From assembly GCF_001194135.2 (NCBI RefSeq), contig NC_068990.1, forward strand, positions 48,544,509-48,599,991: a stretch of DNA of 55,483 nt, read 5' to 3'. How positions within the stretch are numbered: the first letter of the stretch is position 1; each line of letters begins with the position of its first letter. A program made the translations under genes and the position numbers. The notes under the pieces were generated by a model. That model had not been told where the DNA came from, did no database searches, and worked only from the letters and a program-made list of their open reading frames with translations. The stretch is from Octopus bimaculoides (lineage: Eukaryota). Below, one piece after another: positions 24,486 through 38,222 of this stretch.

Positions 24486-24651
24486 CAGTAAAGTAGTACA
24501 TAAGATTAAATAGCTAACAGAATTTGAAGTTTAAATCCCACTAGTACTGATTTTGCACTTCATTCTTCTGTGGTTGATAGAATAAGTCCCAGTTAATTAC
24601 TGATGACAATGGAATCAAATGTTCTTGTGGCCTATGTTGTTATTATTATTA

Positions 24652-24685
<34 letters not shown>

Positions 24686-25102
24686 CATTATTATTATTAT
24701 TATTATTATGAGGACTCATGCCCTAGTAGTTAAGGTGTTGCACTCATGATTGTGAAATCATGGTTTCAATTCCTAGAGCAGGCGATGCATTGTGTTCTTG
24801 AGCAAATCACCTCATCTCACATTGCTCTGCAATCACTTCAACACCTGACACATCGTGCATTGTTCACCTGTTCAGGTAACATCAATTTGATCAAGGGAGT
24901 GGGGTCAATGTAATCGACTTAGACCCTGCCCTGAAATTTCTGGCTTGTACCAAAATTTGAAATCATTATCAATAATAACAACGATATTTTATTCAATATA
25001 TGTCAGGCTTTGTGCAAATTATAAGAAGCCACAATTTCAAGAAAGGGGTCAGTATTTTAACAAGTGAAGCAGGATGGAAGTTTCAGTTTACTCTAAAAGT
25101 AT

Positions 25103-25139
<37 letters not shown>

Positions 25140-25787
25140 CATGTGAGTCAACAAATTTCATACAACAAAATAAATAGTTAGGTTCAATATCACGACTGAC
25201 TCTGCATCAAAAATGACAATGATTTTTATTCTATTTAAATAGGTTAATGACCATGAGAGAGTTGAGTAAAGTGATTGCATCAATCAAACTTCTTGTTTTT
25301 TTTTTATTATTATAAATGACCCCTACACCCAACAAAACTTGAAGTAAAATTTATAGGCTTAGACTTTAAGTATTATAAGATATTATAATCTGGTACTGTA
25401 CTATTTCACCCCCTATTGAATTCTTTTTTTTTTTTTTTGGTGCGTTATTTACACTAATTGATAACTGGTATTCTATTAACTTTAGGAGGATGATGGGTAC
25501 AAAGTTCATAGCTCTTTATTCTTAACAGAATGGAGGAGCATGTGATAAGATGCAAATACACACACATGCACAATTATCTGTCTGTGCGCATGCATGTGTG
25601 TGAGTACACCTAAGCACTGCATACAATATCATTACTATTTAACTTCTCAGAGTGCTTGGTATTACTTGCTTTGGTTGATTCTGTGAGTCTTACATGCTCT
25701 GGTTGATTCTGTAACCGTAACCTATAGCCATAGGTCTCACAGAGTCTCTTTCTGCAAATTATAAGCTTTGGTACTTGAATGTTAACT

Positions 25788-25858
25788 TATTATTATTATA
25801 TTATTATTATTATTATTATTACTATTACTATTATTACTATTACTATTATTATTATTAC

Positions 25859-25908
<50 letters not shown>
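25788..25908. repeat. (TTA/CTA)n trinucleotide microsatellite
   Basis: Directly visible; gives the poly-Asn pseudo-ORF. Confidence 0.95.
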
Positions 25909-25909
<1 letters not shown>

Positions 25910-26829
25910 AGCAGTAAGCTGGTAGAATCATTAGCAAAATGCTTAGTTGCATTTCATCTTTCTTCACGTTCTGATTTCAAATTCTGCCAAGGCTAACTTT
26001 GGCTTTTATCCATTCAGAGTCAATGTAATCAACATATATTAGGTTACTCTGTATGTATTACTTAAGTATTTTGCTCCCTGTGGAGCATAGAACATCAAGG
26101 ATTTTTCTCCACCATTCTTGGCTGTCGACTGTCCCCTCCCAAGTCTTGCTAGTTTTAAATTGTTATCAATGCTTCTGTAACTTTTGCTTTTTCAAGTTAG
26201 GGGTGTTAGCCCAATACAGACCATTTTTATTTCTGAGAAGAGGTGGTCCATATTAGTCTGACCTCAACCTTTTGACCTGTCCAGCATGAAAGGTCCTACC
26301 AGGAGCTTGCACCCTGCAGGGTCACTGACATACACAAACCACCACAACAAGGACTGGAGCTTGTGGTAGACTCTGCTTGTATGGTGCATTTTAATGTCAG
26401 TGAAAATCCAGCAATTATACTGGTTCTGATTTTTTTCTTAATTTCTTTTAATTCTTCAAACAGTTGCTTCATTTATATAAATTATTTTTCAATTTATGTT
26501 AAGCCCTTTTCATTCTAATGTTGATTTAATGTACTAATTTTTATTTCCAGAGAAATCAACTTCCTTCTTTTTAAAAAAACAATTTTCAATTTTCAATTTT
26601 CAAAATATTTTACAAAATATTTTTTTTTTTAATTATTTTGAACTTAAGCATTATTTTAGAGGGTTTTTCTACCTTACTATCAAAGAAATAAAAAAGAAAT
26701 AAACCATAAATAAAATAAAAACCCAAATGGAAATGATGAAGAGGGGCTTCTGCTTGCATTAAGTGAAGAAAAATATTCGACCCTACAAAAACTGTACTAA
26801 AGTGAAACCATGGTAACTGAACCCTATCT

Positions 26830-29800
26830 AAACCAAGGAACAAGTAAGTAAATAACTGTGAGCCTTTATAGATGAACCCAAGGCACAAAGACGCCTTAGG
26901 GAAAGAATGCCACTGGAAAAAATGAAGATGGAAATGGAACTTCTAAAATTGAGGGCTCAGATGAATGAAGATAAAGTGAAACCCATCGATGAAGAGATCA
27001 ACCAAGAAATCAACAAAATGATGCAAGGTCCCAACCTAGAGAAGTTCTCAAAACTATGGAAAGAAGATTGTGACAAAGAAGAACTGAAATCCCTCCAACA
27101 CTGGGAGAAAAGTGCCACTTGAATTTTAAACTATGTAACTGTCTTTCAAACAGAATACGCTTCCAACAACTATTTCCTAAAAATAAGAAACTCAAAACAA
27201 CACTCTAACACAGGTTCAAACCCATCTAAAAAACAGAGCTATCTACCCTACCAAAAAAAAGAAGACTTAACCCTAACTTCATAACCTGCCTGCAAAACAA
27301 CAATGGAAGTACCACAACAACAAACAAAGAAATAAGAAATCACTACCCACAGGATAGACATTACACTCATGCCCCATACAGAGATACCAACATAACTTTT
27401 ATTCCAACAATCCGCTTAACCACGCATAACAAACCCATAGCACACGAAATAATTACCAACAATGACCCTCTAAAGCACCACATCTGTACATGGAATACAG
27501 GGACACACATTTCAATCCGCATCCTAGAACCCACCCCATAAATTATGACAACAGGGCACTACACAACAACAGGGGACAACTACATAACAGCTACCGTCCC
27601 AACCACCTCAATCACTTTTTAGACCCAGTACACAAACACAAGGATACGAGATAACACTAGACATACAGGAGAAACCAAAAGTTATAAAAGTCATCAATCT
27701 AACTCACAAAGAACCAACACTAGACCAAATCAACATACTCTTCAAAGGGCTCAAATTTACACCCACCCACCAATGTTCCAACTACAACAACACGAAAGAA
27801 GACATTGTGGAATTCTTGATGGGGAACTATATGACAAATACAACAAGGACAAATTGTTGGCCAGAAATAGAAGTAACTACACCCCTTGAAAAGGTAAGAA
27901 CAAAATTCTTGACCGTTTCTAAGAACACATCACAAATTACCCATATCAACACATACACAGACAAAAATACAAGCCAAACTTCAGTAAGAAAGAATGGGCT
28001 GAGCTGAACAGATTAAAGGATGATAAAACAATAACAATCAAGGAGGTTGATAAAGGGAGTGCAGTAGTCTTAATGGATACAGTATATTATATAACTCTAG
28101 TGCTATCCATATTAGAAGACACAGCATTCTATGAAAAAGCCCAACACTACAGTCAGCAGAAAATAATGAGAAGTCTAAAAACTCTGATAAACCTATACAG
28201 AGAAGGGCTGACAAGGAATATGACTATATGACTAACTTCAAAACTAAATCCAGTCAATTGTATGGTATTCCTAAGAGACACAAACGTGAAAAAATAAGTA
28301 ACGCAAGCAGGGGAACCACAGACATAATAGTCAAGGTACTTCCACCTAATGACCTCAAATTAAGACCTATAATAGCAGACCCCGCATGCGAAACTCACTG
28401 CCTCAGCAACTTTTTAGAAACCCTTTTAAACCTACTTCAAGCAGATCAAAAGTTACGTAAGGGACAACGTATATATGCTCAACCACCTCCCTGAAACAAT
28501 AAAAGAAATCCTACTAGTAACCTTCGATGTAGTGAACCTGTATTCTAATATACCCCACAACCCAGGAATAGAGACAATGCAATTCTGGCGAGAGAATTAC
28601 TTCAATGAACTCCCACACTGCATCAGAAGAGAATTCATAATAGAAGGGCAAAAATTCATCTTGGAAAATAACTTCTTCATATTCAATGACAGCTTCTATC
28701 AATAGAATTGGGGACTGTGATGGGTACAAGAATGGTCCTTCTTTTTCTAACCTAGTTATGGGGTACCTAGAAATCACTCTTTTTATCATAAGGTACTACA
28801 AAAATATGGAAATCCATTCTCCCTTTACATAGAAAATAACTGGAAGAGACTTCTAGATGACCGCTTCATTCTTTGGCATGAACATATAGAGAGACTTAAA
28901 GAATTTCAAGCACTTCTAAATGGACTTGACATAAACATTCAATTTACGATGGAATATAGCCATCAACAACTTCCATTCCTCAACATCCTCATTAAGAAAT
29001 CCAACAAAAAATAGAAATAGACACATACTATAAGCCCACAGACTCCAAGCAATATCTACCATTCAACTCATACCACCTCAGACACACTAGAATGAATATC
29101 CCATTCAACCTGGCAAAAAGGATTTGCACTATAGTACCTGATACAAGGGACACACGACTATATGAGCTAAAGGATACACTCATCAACAGGAATTACTCAC
29201 CATCACTAGTTGATATTGGTTTTCAACATACCCTACAACTCAACATCCACAAACTCAGACATTCCAAACTAAAGAATGAATTACAACCAAAAGCCCTACC
29301 ATACATATCCACGCACAACCCCCAAAACAATAAGGCTTTCAACACCATCCTTCAGAACTAAAAAGGGACCATAGAATGAATCAAATCCTCCAAATTCACA
29401 CCATTATAAAGAGCAAAAAACAACCCGTCAATGGAAAGTATTGTAACACAAGCTCAAGTACACTTGTCAACAACATCGAAACCAACAGTACAAAATGCAG
29501 AAGACCTAACTATGGTATATTTATTATTTACAGTGGAAAACAACTTCACATGTGCTCCAGAAAACCTGACATATGTGTTAACTTGCTCAGGGTGTCTAGA
29601 GTAATACACTGGTCAAACTGAAAACAGTTTATGCCAGAGGATGACCAGGCATAGATCCCAGATTAAAATATAGGAATACAGAAAAATAGCATTAAGTGAA
29701 CACATCGAGATTTGCGCTACTAATGAACAACCCAGCTTTAGAATATTTCCCCCTCTATAAATTTAGGGACGATGCAACCTATAATCAAGCACATTAGCAA

Positions 29801-29860
29801 AGAATCATATTTTATCACAAAATATAAACCTCTTTTGAATGCTTCCACCACAGATGACAC
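26830..29860 (+). mobile_element. Long decayed Penelope-like element (N-terminal region, RT, GIY-YIG)
   Basis: VINLTHK...KGLKFTPTP, IKEVDKGSAVV, LYGIPKRHK, LRPIIA, LLVTFDVVNLYSNIP, YKPTDSKQYL, and near 29570-29660 YVLTCSGC..YTGQT...RMTRHR. Many stops. Confidence 0.9.
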
Positions 29861-30333
29861 TACAACAAGGATCTTTACAGCTACAACCACAACAGGTCGC
29901 TTTTAGGCCAGTCTCTACTACTGAGTCATAGCACACCTATCTTTTTCTTTTTCTTCTTCCGCTCCTTCTTCTTCTTCACCTTCTCCTTCCTTAGCTGTTT
30001 CTGCTTAAGCCATCAAACTTCAGAAACTAATATTTCTCTGTACCCATAAACACTATTTTTTTTAGATCTGTTACTACCTACCAAGCCTTCACAAAGGCAA
30101 TGAGAGAGACAGAAAAAAGGAAAATTTCCTACCTATTTGAAGANNNNNNNNNNNNNNNNNNNNNNNNNNNNNNNNNNNNNNNNNNNNNNNNNNNNNNNNN
30201 NNNNNNNTTAATTAATATCCACCTTTGTTTTACTCTTAGTTGAAAAAGTTGAAAAGACTGAAGCCAATACTAAACATTACAAAATGTATTTCATGATAAA
30301 ATTGCTTTAACATTTTCTACCTGGTCTCACTTT

Positions 30334-30373
<40 letters not shown>

Positions 30374-32604
30374 TCTGTAAAAACGTAAATCCAAAAGAAG
30401 AAGCACACTAAAAGTTGTAGAGCAATATATATTTAAAATAGGGAAGGCCAGTTAGTTTATGGGATTACTTTAGGTTTCCCGTCCATATTTTTAAGAGGTC
30501 TTGGGCCAATATGTTTTGGGATCTGATGATATGCCATAAAGCTAAACTCTTTATGGACAGGAAATTCAAGGTAATCTCATAAACCAACCCTCCCCATTTT
30601 TTATATAATACACACAGACACACACATATGTATGTGTGTGCCTGCCCATTGCAAAAGTGTACAATGCAGCTTATTAATTCAGAAGAGAAGGATCCATTGT
30701 AGAAGAGACAGAAAGAGAAAGCAACAGTGTTGCTATCTAGAAGTTGCAGCCTGTTGATGGTTAATTCTTTCCAGCCAGCTGATGAATAGGTTTCATTTTC
30801 TTTATTATATTTATGTTTGAAATGTGATCTATATGTTTGTGTTGTATCAGCTGGATACTTCCACATTCAAATATGAGAACAATATTCTAATGAACTTTGT
30901 ATAAGATCAGCAGCTAAAGTATTTCCGGTCCCTAAAGAGAAAACCAAGCATATTGGATGCAGTTTTGTCAATGTGAGAGACATGTGGTCACCATGAAACA
31001 CCCTTAGGGATTTTAATGTCTAGCACATTTGTGTGCTCTATGCTTGATGTTGTTTATAACTTAGAAAGAAGCAATTCAAAAGCAAAAGGTTCTCATGCCA
31101 AATATGATCAGACAACATGTCTTATATCAAATACAACACCATCAATTCCATTGTAGTTCTCAAAGGCAAGGGACCAGTTTCAAGTGGCAGTCTCAGCAAA
31201 TTGGCAGTCATTAAAGCATCAGAAAAATTGCTTGCAGTATCTAGGCAGGTTTCTCATGTTCTGAGTTCAAATTCTGTTCAAAAGTCAACTTTGCCTTTTG
31301 TCCTTCTGAGTTTTATAATGTACCAGTCAAAGATAATGGACAAGTGAAATTATAATAACAGTGAAAGAGATTTCTTACAGTATTTCTTTTGGCTCTTTGT
31401 ATTCTATGATCAAATCTTGCTGTGGCCTAATTGAGCTGTTGACTTAATCTGTCATCCAGTTTCACATCACCACCTGGTCCTTGAATGCCTTTAGTGGAGC
31501 CTACTCTATGGCAACCATTCAGGCCAACTGGGTTTCTAGTTTAAGGTAACTTCCGCTGTCAGACTCTACAGTCTCAGAGGCCCTATAAAAAGTTATGGAC
31601 ATTGCACCTCCGACCCAACAAAGCAATAAAAAAAGGAATTCTTTCAAATCTGGCCCAAAGTCACTAAGTTTTTGACAGGGAGGGTGACAAGTCGATTATG
31701 TCTACTTGATTAGTACTTATTTTATCAACCCCATAATGACAAAAAGCAAAGTCAACCACAGAGGAATTTGAACTGAAAATTGAAACAAATATCACAAAGC
31801 ATTTTTCTAAAGCTCTAACAATTCTGCCAGTTCAACACAGAGTAGTAATTCTTTCTATAGGCATAAGGGCTGAAATTTTGGGGGAGGAGCTAGTTGATTA
31901 CATCGACTGCAATGCTCAACTGGTACTTTATTTTATCAACCCTGAAAGGATGAAAGGCAAAGTCAACTTCAGCAGAATTTGATGAAATGCTGCGAAGCAA
32001 TAAAAATAAGAAGAAAAGCAATCTCTAGTAAATCCAATTTTTCAGAAATCCCATTGTCAATCACTGAAGAGAAAACAGATTCAAAGTAATAAAGAGGTCG
32101 TATATGATTATTTCTATCACCTTCCAGGTGTCGGGAATGAAAGCAGCAAGCTAACTGAGTCAAAATATTCTTTTGGAAGGAACACGCTAACATGTTTCCA
32201 CTGGTGTCAATAAAAGGAGACAGATTGAAGAAGCAGTTGATGAAAGGAAATGATAAACAGGGAAAAAAACAATAACTGAAGAAATCTCTTCATAGCTCAA
32301 AAGTGATTCTTTTAAAACTTGCTTTCATTGTAGATTTTCAACAGCAACTAGCTCACTGTGAACAGAAAATTGACCTTACAAACGAGTGTTAAGAAGTTGA
32401 TACATTTTCAACATGTGCACTAATTTATCAAGGAAAAAATGGTTATATTTTTGGTAATTAATTACTTTTTATTTTTCCCTCGTTTTATTCTCAAATTCAT
32501 AATATCAATATGTAACTTGATTAACTAATTTCATAAATTACTTTCCCTCTTTTGTCATATAATGCAGGGTCATTGCCTTTGGCATAATACAAAACAGTTG
32601 TTCT

Positions 32605-32818
32605 TATTTCTTTTACCTGTTTCAGTCATTTGACAGTGGCCATGCTGGAGCACCACCTTTAGTCAAGCAAATCGACCCCAGGACTTATTCTTTGTAAATC
32701 TGGTACTTATTCTATCGGTCTTTTTTGCCGAACCGCTAAGTTACGGGGACGTAAGCACACCAGCACCGGTTGTCAAGTGATGTTGGGGGGACAAACACAT
32801 ACACACAAACATATACAC

Positions 32819-32872
<54 letters not shown>

Positions 32873-32879
32873 GTGTGTG

Positions 32880-32924
<45 letters not shown>

Positions 32925-33078
32925 CAGGCTTCTTTCAGTTTCCATCTACAAAATCCACTCACAATCAGCCCGAGTCTATAGCAGAAGACACTTGCTCAAA
33001 GTGCCATGCAGTGGGACTGAACCCGAAAACATGTGGTTGGTAAGCAAGTTACTTACCACACAGCCACTCCTGCACCTA
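32605..33078 (-). mobile_element. Family A SINE with internal microsatellite
   Basis: Near-complete reverse-complement copy. Confidence 0.85.
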
Positions 33079-34473
33079 CATATTTATATAGATTATATTT
33101 ATGGAAATTTTCTATCATTAAACTTGTCTTCTAAAACAGGCGCAGTCACAGGAATTTTTCGAAGGGAGCACACAAAGTCAGAAGGGAATACAATTTCAGG
33201 AGAAAAGGGTGTAATAACATTATTTAGAAGGTTGCACTTCTTTTCTTGAGGGAGGCACGAGCCCCTCATCCACCCCACCCTCCTGGGTTAGCCCTTGTAA
33301 AGCATATTTCGTTTGTGTTATGTTTCAAAGAGATGAGCAAGTAGTTATGTTGCTTTTTGCAACATTTAACAACTGTTTTTATTAATTTATCGTTTCCTGT
33401 GGTAACTCTCTATTCTTACAATTTCTACAGTTAAACTTTAAAATTCACATTCTACATAAAACTTTGTGTTCTTTTTATCTTCTTATTGGCATTCAAATCT
33501 TAGATTTATATTCATTTTCCAAAGTCTGCATCCCTATGTTTCTTGATTCTACATATTCCTACCATGAGATCTTATCTTCTCAAGATATTTTTCACACTAC
33601 TTTTTCAACGAATATTCTCCACTATCATCTCTTAACATATTTTTTAGCCTTCCCATGGTCACAGCTGCCTTCTTCATCTCAGCTGATGATGTGATGCTAC
33701 ATACTCCAAAAAGCACAAGCTGCTTGATCAGAGTTAATGTTTGGTCCTGTACTTCTTTTTTATATATAGTTAGTATCAGTGGACACAGTAATGGAATAAA
33801 ATCAACTATCCATCAATTAGTCAGTCATTACAAAAACGTGTATAAGAGGAGGACCTCAGAGAGCACAGGTGATATCCATGAATATCCGACAGAACCCACA
33901 AACATGATAGCTTGATGTCGTTGCTAACACTGATAACATATAGATTGTGATTAGTGCTTTTTCATGTCACTGACACTAGAGAGGACTAGTAGTTCATAAG
34001 ACAAGATCCCTTGCTTGAGAGGCAGTGTAGCATCGAAGTAGGTGGCTTTGTACCAGATGTTGAGAGGCAACAGTATGATACAGGGATAGGAACAGGTGGA
34101 AAAAGGAGAAGATAGAGGTAATAAGGTGACATGACATGCCTCCTGCTATAAGAGGATCAATATAAGGGTAGAGAAGGAGCAGCAAATATGCTTGCGAGTT
34201 GTCTGACAGATCGTTAGAAGCAAGGGTACATAGGTGATAGAGAGAAAAGCAAACAAGGCGGATATGATCAATGACAATATTAGTTTAGGGAGTGGGGTGA
34301 AGGAAATAAGAGTGGGTCAGAGAGGAGGTGATAAGATGTAGTACAAAAAAAAAGAGGTGGAAAGCAACATTGTAATAAAGCCATATAGATGAATAAGATG
34401 ATGTGAAATGTGGAAGGAAGGGGAGGATTTCTCAGTGACAAAACCCAAGATGAGAGGTATATAAGAGTATATA

Positions 34474-37400
34474 TGAGGGTAATCCCAAAGCACTGGGGAT
34501 GCAGGGAAACTGTGCGTGTGGCTATTGGCAGCACTTTTGTGTTTGTTGTGCCTGCACTTGCCCTTACGCATGCCTCACTGCCACACTCAATCTTGGCTTG
34601 ACAGTCATATCTGATGGAGCTCCTGATTGACGCTACTGCTAAGTGTGAAGTTTGTGCAATTATTTGGATTTTGAATGCAAGAGGCATTAAACCGATTGAA
34701 ATTCACTGCCAATTAACAGAAGTGTACAGCAAGTCATGCATGGATGTCAAATCTGTCAAATCTGACCTTGCTCAAGCATCCTTCCTCGCTCATCCTATTG
34801 CAGATGCAAAATTGAAACTCACTGTTGACGCGTCATCTTCCGCTATTGCCGCAGTTTTAGAGCAATCCATCAACAGCCAAAGCCAGCCATTAGCCTTCTT
34901 TTCTCGCCAGCTGAAAAGTGCCGAATTGAGATACAGTGTGTTTGGTAAAGAACTCTTAGCAATTTATCTGGTGGTGAAGCATTTCTCTTATCTTCTCGAA
35001 GGTAGAGATTTCACGATTTTCACCAACCACAAACCGCTAACGTTTGCTCTATTTGCCAAAACAGACTGATACTCGCCCAGAGAAACAAGGCATTCGGATT
35101 ACATATCACAGTTCACTAGTGACATTCGCCAGATATCTGGCACTGACAACATCCCCTGCCGATGCCTTATCTCGCCTGTTTGTCGGTGCATTGTCAACTC
35201 CTACTTCAATTGATTTGGTTGCTACGGCTACTGACCAACCCTCCTTGGACTCTCTGGACATGTCTTCAACACAGTTTTCCTGCTGCAAGTTTGAACACCT
35301 GCCTCTGCCTTTTTTTGAAGGAACCATTCTCTGTGATGTTTCTACCAGGTCACCCCAACCCCTTGTTCCTGAACATCGTCGTTGCATTCAGTCACACCCC
35401 GACATTGCGGCCACAGTAAAGCTTATCTCGGCCTGCTTTTCCTGACCAAATATGTGCCAGTCTATTACTGCTTGGTCACGTGCCTGTCTACCATGTCAGC
35501 AATCCAAGGTGCATCGTCATGTGAGAGCACCTCTTGGACACTTCCAGCCACCAGACACCAGGTTCCTTGGCCGGTCAGTTGCGGATTTACTTATATGTTG
35601 ACCTGCCTCAACTGCTTCTCCAGATGGCCTGAAGCCATCCCTTTTGTGGACATCTCTGCAGAAACAGTCACCAGAGCACTCATCTCCAGGTGGATATCTC
35701 ACTTCGAAGTACCCTATAAAATTACTACTGATTGTGGACGCCAATTTGAAGCTTGTCTGTTCTGTGAGCTTTCAAGATTGCTTGGAGTTCAGCACATCCA
35801 CACCACAAGTTACCATCCCGCTGCGAATGGAATGGTGGAACAATTCCACCACCAGCTCAAAGCCACTATTTGCACAGCTCCTGACCCTCATCGTTGGTTT
35901 GTGTTTCTTCCCATTGTTCTGCTGGGGCACCGCTCAGCTGTCAATGAGTATTTAGGCTACTCCTCCACTGAGCTCCTGTATGGCACCACCTTAGCACTTT
36001 CTGGACAAATGTTGGCGCCCATCAACTTACAGAATGTGGACCCCACATCTTACATCATGTGACTCAGGTCATTCTTTGCTGACCTGCCACCGATACTTCC
36101 TTGTGACCAGTCTATTTCTTCTACAGTACCTCCAGATATTTCTACTTGGACTCATGTGTTTGTAAGAAGCCATTAAGGAAATGCTCACACCTCCCTACAC
36201 TGGACCCTATTGCATTCTTAGAAGCACACCAAAACTGTTCACTGTGGATATTCACAGAAAAAAACACGAAGTCTCTATCGACAGAGTAAAAAAAAGCCTT
36301 TTCCAATACATTTATGCCACTTGCTGACACACCCATCATTCCACAAACACTGCCACCCCTACAAGCACCACCTCCACTCACCAAAACACAAACTACGCAA
36401 GCACATTTTTCACCTTACAGGACACATTCTGGCAGATAGATTCATCAACCGAAGAAATTGTCTCAGACTATTTAAATTTCTTAACTTTGCCTCGCCAATG
36501 ACTGTTTTGGAGAATAGACTTATGTTGTTATAGACACTGCATTCATATTTTCTCTTTCTGTATCATTGTATGTATACACTTTGTTCTATTTGATTGGACA
36601 CCTTTCTTTGCTGAACATTTTCCTTGTACATACTTGCATTGTATTTTTTCAATTGTTCATACAACTGTTTTGCCATGGTTCATTCTTCTGTGCCCCTCCT
36701 AGCACACTCCTACTCCGCCTACATTACTCTTATTCGACTGCTACCGGTCTGGGAGGGGGGGCTCTGTAGGTGCAGTTACCTCCCTTGACAGCAGGTTTAA
36801 ACAAACTAGCACTAGGTGGTACAAGAATGTGAGATTCTGACACAAGGCTTTACGACTCTCTCTTTCAGCATCTTGACGTCATAGAGCAAAGACGTGATCT
36901 AGTTGGCTCCCTCACACCACATGCCAGCTAGCAGACAGGAGGCAATGAACAGGAGAAGATCATCGCCTCCGCATATTGAATCATTTCTATTTATCATTCA
37001 GCTTGTAAAAATACGTGTACCATGTTCCTGTCAAATGATATTACAGCTTTCTGCGTAGACTCATATTTAGACAGCTCCACAACCAGGATGCAAACAGACC
37101 ACTACTCCATCGAAAATATCAAACACGTCTACAAGTGGTGTAGGGAGTTTGTAGCTGGTCGTACTGAAATTCATGACAAACAAAGACGCAGGCATACATC
37201 AATTTCCAATAAGACAGTCATGAAGGTTGAGCAAATCCTGCGTGAAAATCAACGGATCACGCTGGATGATCTCTGCATTTTGGTTCCTGAGGTTTCCCAA
37301 AGCACCATTCATAGGGTCTTGAGTGAAAAGTTGCAATATTGGAAGGTGTGCGCAAGATGGCTCCCACAAATGCTTACAGAAGACCATAAACCGCAACCCA

Positions 37401-37719
37401 CCTTATAGTTTGGACTTGGCACCCAGTGATTACCACCTGTTCCCTAAGTTGAAAGAACATTTGGCCGGAACGTGTTTCAGCAATGACAACAAGGTGAAAG
37501 ATGAGGTTCAACACATTTTCAAAGACATGGCAGTGAGCTGGAATGCCATGGGCATACAAAAACTGCCCCAGCACCTACAAAAATGCATCGAACAAAATGG
37601 CGACTATGTAGAAAAGTAGATAAATATTTAAACTTTAAAATGATGTAAAGAACATTGACAATAAACGTTTCTGTGATACCTAAATATTTTTGGTGACCTT
37701 ACTTTTTGAATTATACTTG
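34474..37719 (+). mobile_element. Internally deleted mariner element, interrupted by a Gypsy segment
   Basis: Starts TA/TGAGGGTAATCCCAAA and ends GACCTTACTTTTTGAATTATACTTG (decayed TIRs). Transposase pieces MELLIDATAKCEV...SCMDVK and HVYKWCREF...WLPQMLTEDHK are joined directly to PPYSLDLAPSDYHLF, so most of the catalytic core is deleted. Confidence 0.88.
34752..37081 (+). mobile_element. 5'-truncated Ty3/Gypsy segment: RNase H, integrase, PPT, 3' LTR
   Basis: LTVDAS...PLAFFSRQL...KELLAIY...TNHKPL; FSRWPEAIP...TTDCGRQFE...TSYHPAANGMVE; PPT GGGAGGGGGGG at 36751-36761; probable LTR TGTAG(36765)...CCACA(37081). Confidence 0.9.
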
Positions 37720-37723
37720 TGTG

Positions 37724-37843
37724 ACTTATGGCTATATCACGTTGAATGCACCAATTCTCGTCCGATCATCAAAGTTAAGCAATGTCAAGCCTAGTTAGTA
37801 CTTAAATGGGTAACTGCTTGGGAAATGTAGGTACTGTAAGCAT
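37724..37843 (+). pseudogene. 5S rRNA pseudogene
   Basis: acttatggctatatcacgttgaatgcacc...ctcgtccgatc...aagttaagcaa...ttagtactt...tgggtaactgcttgggaa...gtactgtaagc aligns over ~120 nt to metazoan 5S as I recall it. Many CpG-type transitions; box C is altered. Confidence 0.9.
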
Positions 37844-37849
37844 CTCACA

Positions 37850-37888
<39 letters not shown>

Positions 37889-38222
37889 AAAGATTTAGAT
37901 TCAAAATTGAATGTGGCACTTAAGTTTAGGCACCANNNNNNNNNNGGCACTTAAGTTTAGGCACCAGAATATAGTATGGTATTATCCAAACAATTCCAAA
38001 AACAAGGTGATCAAAAATCAAAAAAAGCAACATGTATTTTAAAGGTTATTGCAGTACACACATTTCATGCTACTCCATTTATTTAAGTAATGTGAGCATT
38101 ACATTAAATGCAAAATGCAGAGCAATCTTCAGCTGCACAAAGATATATTACAACAGAATGGACATATTACTGTTGTGGCAACATTTAAAATCTAAGTGGG
38201 AAGAAGAATACATAAAAAAATT

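Noticed and set aside
30130-30143. Donor-like AG/GTAGGA next to an N gap as the end of the missing SHD1 exon
   Set aside because: The phase-2 reading gives S-S-N-S, not the expected K-R-I-R type sequence; too little sequence is visible.
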